Assembly (NCBI GenBank): GCA_028571455.1 | Contig: JAPVVG010000208.1 | Span: 1 to 55,228 of the forward strand | Direction: 5' to 3' | Source: Desulfobacteraceae bacterium | Lineage (GTDB): Bacteria > Desulfobacterota > Desulfobacteria > Desulfobacterales > ETH-SRB1 | Length of the DNA: 55,228 bases | Shown: piece by piece, positions 18,823 to 27,123 of the stretch | Layout: the number at the start of each line of letters is the position of its first letter | Position numbering within the stretch: position 1 is the stretch's first letter | Notes under the pieces: generated by a model | What the model saw: the letters and a program-made list of their open reading frames with translations, nothing else | The model's database searches: none | What the model was told of the DNA's origin: nothing | Program-made: the position numbers and the translations under genes

Positions 18823-20277
18823 TTATTCCTTCTTTTCAAAGATATGTCCGAATTCTCCGTCTAATTCAGCCTCTCCAACCGCTTCTTCTTGCTGGGAATT
18901 GCCGAAAATTCCCCAGAGATAGAACTCGGCATCGTCCGGCTCGATGTAAAAGTCTGTGGGTAATGTTTGTTCCGCCATATTAAGCGGCTTAACCAGATGA
19001 GGCGTGACAATGATAACCAGTTCTGTCTCGTTCTTTTGAAAAGACTTGCTTTTAAACAAAGCCCCAAGGATAGGGATGTCACCCAGACCCGGATATTTGC
19101 TTACATTCTCTCTGGTGGTTTCCGATAGAATACCTGCAATGCAAAAGCTCTGACCGTCTCCCAGCTCTACCATGGTTGACGCCCGGCGTACTAATATTCC
19201 CGGCACCACAGCGCCCCCAATTGTTGTGGCTACAGAAAAATCTAACTCAGACACCATCGGTTCTACCTTAATGGAGATCCTTTTTGCACTCATGACAGTA
19301 GGGGTAAAAGCAAGTTCAACGCCGTAAGGCTTAAAATCAACGCCCATATTTCCATCGTTGTCAATTGACGGTATTGGGAATTCTCCGCCGGCCAGGAAAT
19401 TTGCCGTCTGACCGCTTAGGGCAATAAGGGTGGGTTCAGCTAAAATTTTTACCAGCCCGTTTCCCTTGAGGAAATCGATAATGCCGGTATAGCTTACGTT
19501 TCCGCCAGGTGAATTGAAACGAACGAGCCCTGTGGCATCAGAGGAATATTCAACATCGCCGACCTCGTCTTGAGCTAACGAGAAAGTACTGAGTCCTCCC
19601 AACAATTGCACACCAAATTCTCCGGCCGAGTTAACAATATTAAAATTAATCCCAAGCCTGTTAAGCACTCTGCGAGACATCTCCGCGATCCTTACTTCCA
19701 GCATGACCTGCTGGCCTCCGCCCACCTTAAGCAGATTGGTGAATTTGCCTTCGCCGGAAAATGTTTGTGCCAATACCAGAACCTGGTCAAGATCTCCGGT
19801 GCTGGAAACCGTGCCTGACAGGACAATTGAGTCTTTTGTCGCAAAAATACGGATATCCTTTTCATCCGGAAGAATCTCGTGAATTTTCTGCTTCAAAAAA
19901 GAAATATCGAAATTCACGGCGATATCGTAGATGCGGAAAATATGGCCGTTTTTCCATAAGGTGAGATTGGTAACGCCGGGTTTTAACCCTTTGAGATAAA
20001 TATTCCTGACACGATTTTTTCTATTAACTTTGGGTATAAATAGAAAGTCGGCAATATCCGGAGCAGCTATGGTCACACGGATATGATCTGATTCCTTGAC
20101 CGTCTCAGGGATTGGCAGGACATATGATTTGTCCACCGCTATTTTAATCTCCCTGGATTCCTGGATTCCCGTTTGAATATTATCCGCTGCCCAGGAGCCG
20201 GTAGAAAAGATCAACAATATACTTATAAGGCCAACTTTTACGGTTCCTCTTATCCGAAATCTTCTTGGCATGAACAT
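18823..20277 (-). CDS. rcpA: Tad secretin RcpA/CpaC
   Basis: QVMLEVRIAE, AEPTLIALSGQTANFLAGGEFP, PGLGDIPILGALF, ETELVIIVTP. Confidence 0.93.
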   Translation of the reverse strand: MFMPRRFRIRGTVKVGLISILLIFSTGSWAADNIQTGIQESREIKIAVDKSYVLPIPETVKESDHIRVTIAAPDIADFLFIPKVNRKNRVRNIYLKGLKPGVTNLTLWKNGHIFRIYDIAVNFDISFLKQKIHEILPDEKDIRIFATKDSIVLSGTVSSTGDLDQVLVLAQTFSGEGKFTNLLKVGGGQQVMLEVRIAEMSRRVLNRLGINFNIVNSAGEFGVQLLGGLSTFSLAQDEVGDVEYSSDATGLVRFNSPGGNVSYTGIIDFLKGNGLVKILAEPTLIALSGQTANFLAGGEFPIPSIDNDGNMGVDFKPYGVELAFTPTVMSAKRISIKVEPMVSELDFSVATTIGGAVVPGILVRRASTMVELGDGQSFCIAGILSETTRENVSKYPGLGDIPILGALFKSKSFQKNETELVIIVTPHLVKPLNMAEQTLPTDFYIEPDDAEFYLWGIFGNSQQEEAVGEAELDGEFGHIFEKKE

Positions 20278-20298
20278 GGGCCCAATCCTCCCTGGTCG

Positions 20299-21165
20299 TT
20301 AAAAGTTCTGTGTTTTTCTATTAAGACCTTTGATGACTTCCAATGTGAAACCCTTCCTATACATTCCTCGCGCTTTGGTTGATCTAACGCGCCTAACTGC
20401 CTTTTTGGGTTTGACCCGCTCTGAAGGTTCAATAGGACGATAGGAAGCAAGTATTTCCTTAAACGTCGCTCCTGTTGTTAATACGGTTTCCGAATCTAAA
20501 ACACTTCTGAGAGCAAACTGAAGTTTTCCGCTTGAAGCGGCAAGGGTTAACCGTTCTCCTTCTTCAGGCGTAACTTCCAAAGTATAACTGTCCACCGGAG
20601 AGGGCTTACCTTCGGCATTTGCTACAAGCTGCGTGCCGGTAGCCAATACACGTACGTTTTCAAAAACAGTTTTGTTTATTTTTTCCTTGGTCTTAGGGTC
20701 TGTTGTCTGCATTAATATATCAACATGATCACCCGGATTCACAAAGCCCGATACCCCCATCAATTTATTGCCTGCCAGGGCCACGGCGCGTTTACCGGGT
20801 TTTAAAATAGCCGTCACGCCTCCTCTTGTCACTCCCACAGGAGCCAGCCCGGATTCAAGGATAAGCTCTTTACTATTTATGGGTTTTATGACAATCCTTC
20901 CGATCAGCTTGTCGGAATCCGAAAAATAACCCGGAGGAAGGCTCTCCTCAAGAAAAGACACGGTTTTAAACTGTTCTGCTTTCAGCTTGGTTCCCAAAGG
21001 CAGATTAACTTCCGCAATAGCGGCTTGTTTGATATTTACCTTTTCAATTTTTGCAACTTCTTTGGGAGCCGTCTGTTTTTTCATCCACTTGTAAATTAAA
21101 ACACTGGCTACAACAGCAATTACCAAAGCCAGTACAATAGGAACCACTGCTTTCCATTTTCCCAT
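20299..21165 (-). CDS. rcpC: Flp pilus assembly protein RcpC/CpaB
   Basis: SAF-like region, PGKRAVAL, GVSGFVNPGDHVD, TLEVTPE. Confidence 0.92.
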   Translation of the reverse strand: MGKWKAVVPIVLALVIAVVASVLIYKWMKKQTAPKEVAKIEKVNIKQAAIAEVNLPLGTKLKAEQFKTVSFLEESLPPGYFSDSDKLIGRIVIKPINSKELILESGLAPVGVTRGGVTAILKPGKRAVALAGNKLMGVSGFVNPGDHVDILMQTTDPKTKEKINKTVFENVRVLATGTQLVANAEGKPSPVDSYTLEVTPEEGERLTLAASSGKLQFALRSVLDSETVLTTGATFKEILASYRPIEPSERVKPKKAVRRVRSTKARGMYRKGFTLEVIKGLNRKTQNF

Positions 21166-21206
21166 AGCTGGTCTCCTTTTTTGTTCTTTAAATTAATATT
21201 TATATC

Positions 21207-21259
21207 GCCACTAAGACCCGCCCGCCTCGCCTAAGGCGAAGCGGGCGGGTCTTAGTGGC
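21207..21259. repeat. Perfect 19-bp stem formed by repeat arms plus a 33-bp micro-element (21217-21249)
   Basis: GCCACTAAGACCCGCCCGC / GCGGGCGGGTCTTAGTGGC. The left part matches the reverse complement of the 7347 element and its flank. Confidence 0.8.
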
Positions 21260-21285
21260 TTTGTGGCAAATATTTTTTGGCTATA

Positions 21286-21834
21286 TTAAATGGGATTATA
21301 CCCATAAGCTTTCAAAATTAGGTAAGAAAATGTTCCTGCGGCTATGGCAACTCCATAGCACAACCTGGGTTTTTTTTCGGATTTATCAGCAGGGATTGGG
21401 ATAAAATTTCTTGTAAAGGCAAACACTTTAAGCGTAAGAGCGCTTCTTTCGATAAAACCTTTAAAATATTGCATGTTCAATAAAAAAACGATCAGCGCAT
21501 AAATACCACCGGCAACGGCGGTAAAAAGAGAAGCTAAAAATACACCCCTGGGGCCAATAATCGCGCCAATCGCACCCATCAGCTTGGCATCTCCTGCACC
21601 CATCCCACCCATGACATAAGGAATGAGAAAAAGGGCTATTCCCAGAGCCAGTCCTTCCGCGCTAAAAACAAAACCCTTCCAGCCACCCGTCACAGAATGA
21701 AAAGCAAGAGCCGTGACCATAGCAGGAAAGGTAAGCAGATTGGGGATCTTCCGCACACGAATGTCAATTATCGCAGCAATAATAAGGATGCTGCTTAAAA
21801 ATATAATTAAAAATAAAGGCATTTCCACATTCAC
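21286..21834 (-). CDS. tadV: A24 prepilin peptidase TadV/CpaA
   Basis: IDIRVRKIPN, GMGAGDAKL, YGVAIAAG. Confidence 0.92.
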   Translation of the reverse strand: MNVEMPLFLIIFLSSILIIAAIIDIRVRKIPNLLTFPAMVTALAFHSVTGGWKGFVFSAEGLALGIALFLIPYVMGGMGAGDAKLMGAIGAIIGPRGVFLASLFTAVAGGIYALIVFLLNMQYFKGFIERSALTLKVFAFTRNFIPIPADKSEKKPRLCYGVAIAAGTFSYLILKAYGYNPI

Positions 21835-21869
21835 GGACCCAACCGCATTTTTTCCATTATAATAGGATT

Positions 21870-21904
21870 AACCATCTCCCATCGAATCATGATGGGAGAT
21901 GGTT
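21870..21904 (-). terminator. 14-bp hairpin after flp (partial terminator or mRNA stabiliser)
   Basis: AACCATCTCCCATC-N7-GATGGGAGATGGTT between flp and tadV. Confidence 0.65.
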
Positions 21905-21922
21905 TCGTCCTCTTTTACTTTC

Positions 21923-22090
21923 TTATACATTACCCATTTCGCTGCCAACTCTGCTGAAAACATTATTTGCTTTCTCGCCAACGAGAACAACCGCGGCAAT
22001 GATAACTATAGCAATCAACGCCACCATTATGGCGTACTCAACTGCTGTTGCACCTTCTTCATCTTTAAAAAATCTGATTAACTTCCTCAT
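21923..22090 (-). CDS. flp: Flp/Fap major pilin, 55 aa (not in the ORF track)
   Basis: MRKLIRFFKDEEG|ATAVEYAIMVALIAIVIIAAVVLVGEKANNVFSRVGSEMGNV: canonical G|xxxxEY Flp motif, first gene of the tad locus. Confidence 0.95.
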   Translation of the reverse strand: MRKLIRFFKDEEGATAVEYAIMVALIAIVIIAAVVLVGEKANNVFSRVGSEMGNV

Positions 22091-22237
22091 TTTTACACCC
22101 CTTTTTTGAAATATTGTTGTTAGACGTTTATAAAAGAAACTTTCATTTACAAGATTTTTTCCTTTTCACTCACCCCCCTTTTTTATGATTATTCACGATA
22201 GCTTTGAATACGGCCCTTATTTGATGTAAGTAAACCG

Positions 22238-22253
22238 TGCAAGAGCTATGCCG
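22238..22253 (-). promoter_or_regulatory. Sigma-54 (-24/-12) promoter for flp
   Basis: Minus strand CGGCATAGCTCTTGCA is GG-N10-GC, close to TGGCAC-N5-TTGCA, about 150 bp upstream of flp. Confidence 0.7.
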
Positions 22254-22309
22254 CTGATTGAAGCTATTAGAAAAATCATAAAATACCTTTTCAGCTCGGG
22301 TTATAATTA

Positions 22310-22600
22310 GTGCCTGTCCGAAAACCCTTGCCACATGATTTGTTGGGTTTCACTCACTGAAACCATATTTTGGTAATTGCTTCATATTCGTAGGTTGGGT
22401 TGAGGTACGACACGAAGTGAAGCCTGCGCTCAACCCAACATAACTGATTACGCTCAACCCAACCTACAAAAAACTATTAGTGGAATGCGTAGCCTATTCC
22501 TCTGGGGTCAGGATCCAATTTTAATCCTCGAAAATATCAATGTATTCCGATGGTTAAAATCGTCACCTTTTTTAAAATCAAACAAAAACGGATATGTTAC
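22310..22600. mobile_element. Degenerate MITE-like element with an embedded GTAG-type REP doublet (22390-22467)
   Basis: Left end GTGCCTGTCCGAAAA resembles 26971. Core AATTTTAATCCTCGAAAATA...GTATTCCGATGGTTAAAAT. Inverted pair GTAGGTTGGGTTGAG / CTCAACCCAACCTAC. Right end not identified. Confidence 0.6.
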
Positions 22601-22965
22601 AATGGCCTCCTTTTCTAACTGATGTTTTCTGATGTTTTTCTACCTTTTTATTTAAGAAGACTTCGATTTTTTTCTTCTTTTGGAATGTCTTTAACAATAT
22701 TTGTCACTTTTTTAGACAATTCATGTTAATATTTTTTCCTGAAATCGAAAAAATATGCCTCTGTGTCTATCTCTGTTATGAAAAAAATGTTTTAAAATAA
22801 TGGAAAATGTTACATAAAAAATGGTAAGTAAGTTACATAAAAGAATTCAACTTTTCAAAGTTTATATAGCAATATGGCTTCAGTGTCAATGGACTTATGA
22901 TTTTATTTTTTGTAAACGTTCAGCCACAAAGGCACCAAAGATTCAAAGAGACTCTGAACCTTTAG

Positions 22966-23084
22966 CCCGTTAAATTTTTATCCAGTGAAACCATGTAGTT
23001 TCTTTTGTTTCACCGGGACACGATAGTGGCAGCCTGTCCCGTAGCTTCGGGAAATGGTACTGGGATGGAACGTATTTAACTGGG
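22966..23084. mobile_element. Stack of nested hairpin micro-elements
   Basis: Outer CCCGTTAAAT...ATTTAACTGGG; inner TCCAGTGAAA...TTTCACCGGGA (22981-23018) and CCTGTCCCGT...GGTACTGGG (23033-23064); all between two CTGAACC units. Confidence 0.65.
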
Positions 23085-23203
23085 CCTGAACCGAGACCTT
23101 TGCAAAACGCCCCCTTTTGCCCGAATAGCGCTAAAGTGTTACGTTTTAAAAGGAAAAAAGTCCGATTTTAATTCAAAATTCAACATTTAAAATTAATAAT
23201 TCT

Positions 23204-23584
23204 CTATGCGTTTCCGACAGTATGATGCTTTAAAAAAAAGGTTATCTGTTCCTCCTGTTCTTTTGTAAGCTGATCAAACTTCAACCCGCATCGCCTGTTC
23301 GCTAAATTATGCATGAACGTTAATTGATCGTCTTTGTCAGCATCATAAACCAGACTGCAGGGTATATTGGAAAGATGAAAAGAATTGTTTGAATCAAATA
23401 TATCTATTATGTGGGAATTTTCTGATACAGGACTATCTTTATCTGCAAGATAATTGAAACCAAGGCCGCCCCTGCTTATATCATTTATCGGACCGATTTT
23501 ATTAAACTCAGGCCTGAAGACAACAAAAGCCGAACCTTGTGGCTCAAGTCTTTCATGCTGACGCTGTTCATGGTGTATTGGCAC
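23204..23584 (-). CDS. PilZ-domain protein
   Basis: RQHER (RxxxR), DISRGG (DxSxxG) and CGLKF motifs. Confidence 0.85.
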   Translation of the reverse strand: MPIHHEQRQHERLEPQGSAFVVFRPEFNKIGPINDISRGGLGFNYLADKDSPVSENSHIIDIFDSNNSFHLSNIPCSLVYDADKDDQLTFMHNLANRRCGLKFDQLTKEQEEQITFFLKHHTVGNA

Positions 23585-23741
23585 GCTGTTCTCCTTGCCG
23601 GGCCTGGAGTCGGTTTGGTTTTACTGCAAGCCGATTTTATTTTTTGTGAATTTTGCAGTTTAGGTAACAATAAAACAAACATAGCTTAAATGTAAAGGGG
23701 TATTTTTATGGGTATAAAATGGGTATATTTACTCACCTCTT

Positions 23742-23938
23742 GAGACCTTTGCAAAACGCCCCCTTTTGCCCAAATAGCGCTAAAGGTTAGCGCTTTCGCT
23801 TCACTACGTGTCACTTCGTGCCGGCGTCAGGCTCAAATTTTAAGCCTCAAAATACTCAATGTATTCCTGCGGTTAATCCGCCTGAGGCGGATCGCTTTCC
23901 TTGAACTTGAACAAAATTGAACATTTTTCAAAGGTCTC
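23742..23938. mobile_element. 197-bp MITE with GAGACCTTTG(C/A)AAAA terminal inverted repeats
   Basis: TIRs at both ends. A 44-bp copy of the left end is at 23093-23136 (1 mismatch) and a fragment of the other end is near 26819-26845. Confidence 0.75.
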
Positions 23939-24019
23939 AATTTATATATAACTTTAATTAGTTGCGTTATGTTGTACTTTATTTAATAAAGTTACTATAT
24001 ATAGTATTAAAAAAAACTT

Positions 24020-24085
24020 GCCACCAAGACACAAAGACACCAAGGATTTTATTTTTAGTTCTTAGTGCCTTTGTGTCTTGGTGGC
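24020..24085. repeat. 25-bp inverted arms of 8-bp units, no gene inside
   Basis: GCCACCAAGACACAAAGACACCAAG versus right-arm reverse complement GCCACCAAGACACAAAGGCACTAAG (2 mismatches). Confidence 0.85.
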
Positions 24086-24104
24086 GAAAAAGAAAATGGA
24101 ACAG

Positions 24105-24821
24105 CTACTTTTTTGCCTTTCCAATTCTCAAGCGTATTTTGACAAGATCAAAAAGCATCTGCAATGAATCAAAAACCGGGTGGACTTTTGAGACGGGCGA
24201 ATTGAGCCATCTGACCGGCACTTCCATTACTCTGTAACTCCTCTTCTTAGCCAGAGCAAGGATTTCAACGTCATAAGCAAACCGGTCAACACGCGCGTTT
24301 TTGAACAGGTTCCTGGCTGCCTCCCCTGAAAATAATTTAAAGCCGCATTGCGTGTCTTTAAAACCCTCCAACACCAGCAACCTGACAATTCTGTTGAAAA
24401 TTTTACCCATGCCCTGTCTCCACCAGGGTTGTTTTTTAATAATTGTCTCGGGGTTTAGCGCTCGTGATCCAATCACTATATCATACTCACGGCCTGATAT
24501 TAAAGGCAACATAAAAGACAATTCCTCTATAGGCGTGGAAAGATCCGCATCCGATACCAGAACTGACTCTCCTTTTGAGGCAAGAACACCCTGTCTCAAG
24601 GCATAACCTTTCCCTTTATTATTAGGGTAACTTATAATTTTGAGGTTTGAAATTTCCGACTGATAGCCAATTGCCGCCTGTCTGGTATTGTCTGTACTGC
24701 CGTCGTCAACAACAATTATCTCGTAAGCAAAATTCTGTGCGTCTAAATAATCTTTGATTTTGAGCAGAGATTTTCCTATTCGTTGCTCTTCATTATACGC
24801 TGCAATAACTATTGAAATCAT
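24105..24821 (-). CDS. GT2 polyprenyl-phosphate glycosyltransferase (Alg5/DPG-synthase-like)
   Basis: SIVIAAYNE, VDDGSTD, NNKGKG, DADLSTP, DTQCGFK. Start set at MISIV. Confidence 0.88.
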   Translation of the reverse strand: MISIVIAAYNEEQRIGKSLLKIKDYLDAQNFAYEIIVVDDGSTDNTRQAAIGYQSEISNLKIISYPNNKGKGYALRQGVLASKGESVLVSDADLSTPIEELSFMLPLISGREYDIVIGSRALNPETIIKKQPWWRQGMGKIFNRIVRLLVLEGFKDTQCGFKLFSGEAARNLFKNARVDRFAYDVEILALAKKRSYRVMEVPVRWLNSPVSKVHPVFDSLQMLFDLVKIRLRIGKAKK

Positions 24822-24838
24822 ATTATCCGATATTATCC

Positions 24839-25000
24839 GACAGGATTTATGCCCCAGTGGAATCCCCTGATAGGGGCCCGCGGAGCAGCATTCCATAGGG
24901 CAGGTATTTGCGCAAAGCCACCGTATCATTTCCGCCAGCGGCGGATTGGTCTTTCTCAGCTTCATCTGGAAGCTGAGAAAAAGATCGTGTAAATCCTGTC
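24839..25000. repeat. GACAGGATTTA...TAAATCCTGTC element with internal hairpins and nested micro-insertions
   Basis: 11-bp terminal IR; hairpin TTTCTCAGCTTC/GAAGCTGAGAAA; nested 24852-24904 (minus strand CCTG...GGGG) and TCCGCCAGCGGCGGA at 24931-24945. Confidence 0.7.
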
Positions 25001-25005
25001 TAATT

Positions 25006-26586
25006 TTATGTTTTTCCCTCCTCTTCGTCCTCATCAACAACCAACTCCACATCCCGATATTTCTTTATCAAATACTGATTCTCCGGAATATCTTTCACAA
25101 ATATATTGGCCACCTTATCCGCATAGATCAGTTCCCATTCATCTCTTTCCATAAGAAACAACGACAGCGCCGAATTTGCATTGTATATAATCCACTTGAC
25201 GTCGTATTTTTGTAAAACTTCTTCCCATCCCGGTTTGATAGTGACCACTTTTAAATATTCTTTCATGATGTCGACACCATACATATCGGATCTGCCGTCG
25301 ACAAAAACTTTGTACTCCGGCCATGCGGCATAGATGATGTAATCTCCAAACTCATCATTATCAAACATATTACCTTTTAAAGGTTCCTTTTTCAAGAATT
25401 CAACCGCTGCCACAGGCTTGGTTTTTGCGTCAAATTTGTAGCCAATAATGTTGCCGGCCGCCAAAGCAGCAACCAGAACAACGCTGAAAGCCGGCCATAA
25501 ATACCCTCTTGCAGATGCATCGATTTCGGAAATATTGTCCGCCCTCTTTTTGAAAAATCTAATCAGTTTCCCGTTTGATTTTTCCAGCAGCGGGCCAGTC
25601 TGTTTCATTAAAATTGGTGCAATAATTATGCAAAAAAGCGGAACATACCTTACTGAATAAAGAGACATATGTATGAAAAGAATCATCATTATCAATTCAA
25701 TAATGTTCAATACCTTTTTTGAAATGGACAGGACAATCAATGTTAAAATTAATAAAACTTCAAATGGCTTAGCATAAAGGTTATGAAAATTCGGCGACAT
25801 AAACTCAGAAACATGGTCCATGATAAATTTGTTCGATACCAGATTAAAAGGAAACAATAAAATATGATAGGTATAGGGGTTAACCAGGGAGACAAAAAGA
25901 CATGCGACTGTGATCAATCCCAGAAATCCGGCCTTTTTCTTATAAATATCTCTCTCTGCATTTTGTGAAGTAATGAATTTAACCCCATTGCCAAAAAGAT
26001 AAATACCGAGCAAAATAAAACCAGCCAAAAAGCCCCCGTGCAGGTTAACCCAAAGCAGCATAATGGGCGGGAAAACATACAAGTAGTTTTTATTGTGATA
26101 CTGGTATTGGTCGAGCAGATAGTACCACATTAAAGTCAACAACAAAGAAAAGATATGCGGCCTGGCCAGCCAGTGGATCTGGGAGGATATTAAAACAAGC
26201 AGAATGATAAACGTCGTCAGAATGATATTATCTTGATCTGTTTTGATCATCTTATAGAGCAGATAATACACCAGAGAGATGATAAAGGCAAAAAATAACA
26301 CAACGCCGGTAAGGCCAAAGGCTTTATGCACCAGCGCCATAATGACCTCTGAAAGCCATTCATGGGCTGTCCAGGGAAGGGTTGGTGTAATAAAAGAAAA
26401 AATGTCATCTTTCGGGATGGAAAATGTATTGAGTATGTACTCTCCTGCACGAATATGATAGCCGGTATCCACATCTCCCAATAAATCCTTTCCCGCGGAA
26501 AATGCCAGAAGAAGAAAAAGAGATATAAAAATAATATCGACAATGGAGGGTATTAAAAATGAACTAATTTTTTTTGAGGTATTCAT
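25006..26586 (-). CDS. Polytopic membrane protein, probable GT-C-fold glycosyltransferase
   Basis: Acidic motif DVDTGYH after TM1, HEWLSE, LWVNLHGGF, about 12 TMs, soluble C-terminal domain with VDGRSDMYG. Confidence 0.6.
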   Translation of the reverse strand: MNTSKKISSFLIPSIVDIIFISLFLLLAFSAGKDLLGDVDTGYHIRAGEYILNTFSIPKDDIFSFITPTLPWTAHEWLSEVIMALVHKAFGLTGVVLFFAFIISLVYYLLYKMIKTDQDNIILTTFIILLVLISSQIHWLARPHIFSLLLTLMWYYLLDQYQYHNKNYLYVFPPIMLLWVNLHGGFLAGFILLGIYLFGNGVKFITSQNAERDIYKKKAGFLGLITVACLFVSLVNPYTYHILLFPFNLVSNKFIMDHVSEFMSPNFHNLYAKPFEVLLILTLIVLSISKKVLNIIELIMMILFIHMSLYSVRYVPLFCIIIAPILMKQTGPLLEKSNGKLIRFFKKRADNISEIDASARGYLWPAFSVVLVAALAAGNIIGYKFDAKTKPVAAVEFLKKEPLKGNMFDNDEFGDYIIYAAWPEYKVFVDGRSDMYGVDIMKEYLKVVTIKPGWEEVLQKYDVKWIIYNANSALSLFLMERDEWELIYADKVANIFVKDIPENQYLIKKYRDVELVVDEDEEEGKT

Positions 26587-26970
26587 AATGCTTTCCGAAA
26601 ATTATACGAGGCGAAATTGCTGAAGCATAACATAAAAAGAAGAGTGATCCTAATACAACTTTAGGCCAAAGCTATAAGAGAATAATGTTTATGTGTCAAG
26701 GAATAAGGGCTCAAAATATTGTAATTTAATTGATTTTCCGGTCACTTTCAGGGTAATCCTCGATTATAAATATAAAATATGATATCCTAATTGAAGGTCA
26801 AAAATCGATTAGGCGTTTGAGCCCTTTGAAAAATGTTAAATTTTAATCGTTATTAGTTTGCGAATTATCTTACGTCTCATTTCTAATAGATATATAAAAT
26901 CGTAACAAACTTTCCTTCAAAGAACTAATAACCTCCAATTGAGTGTTTTCGATCAATTGAGTTTTATTTA

Positions 26971-27111
26971 GTGCCCGAACGAAAAATAGGATTTTTTGTT
27001 AAAATCAAGGAATAGGAAAATTTTAACCACAGTAATACAGGTCGTATTTCGAGGATTAAAATTTGAGTCTGACGCAGATATTGGCGAAAAAGACAGTTTT
27101 GGTTCAGGCAC
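26971..27111. mobile_element. 141-bp MITE with 15-bp TIRs and a 6-bp TATTTA target duplication
   Basis: Ends GTGCCCGAACGAAAA and TTTTGGTTCAGGCAC (13/15 match); TATTTA at 26965-26970 and 27112-27117. Confidence 0.8.
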
Positions 27112-27123
27112 TATTTAGGAATA

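Noticed and set aside
21899-22081. 60-aa plus-strand ORF in the track
   Set aside because: Antisense shadow of the real flp gene.
22809-22842. Direct repeat GTTACATAAAA x2 as a regulator binding site
   Set aside because: Short and in very AT-rich DNA; not distinguishable from chance without comparative data.
24822-25052. N-terminal extension of the GT2 ORF in the track
   Set aside because: It reads through a nested repeat element and overlaps the upstream gene; GT2 homology starts at MISIV (24821).
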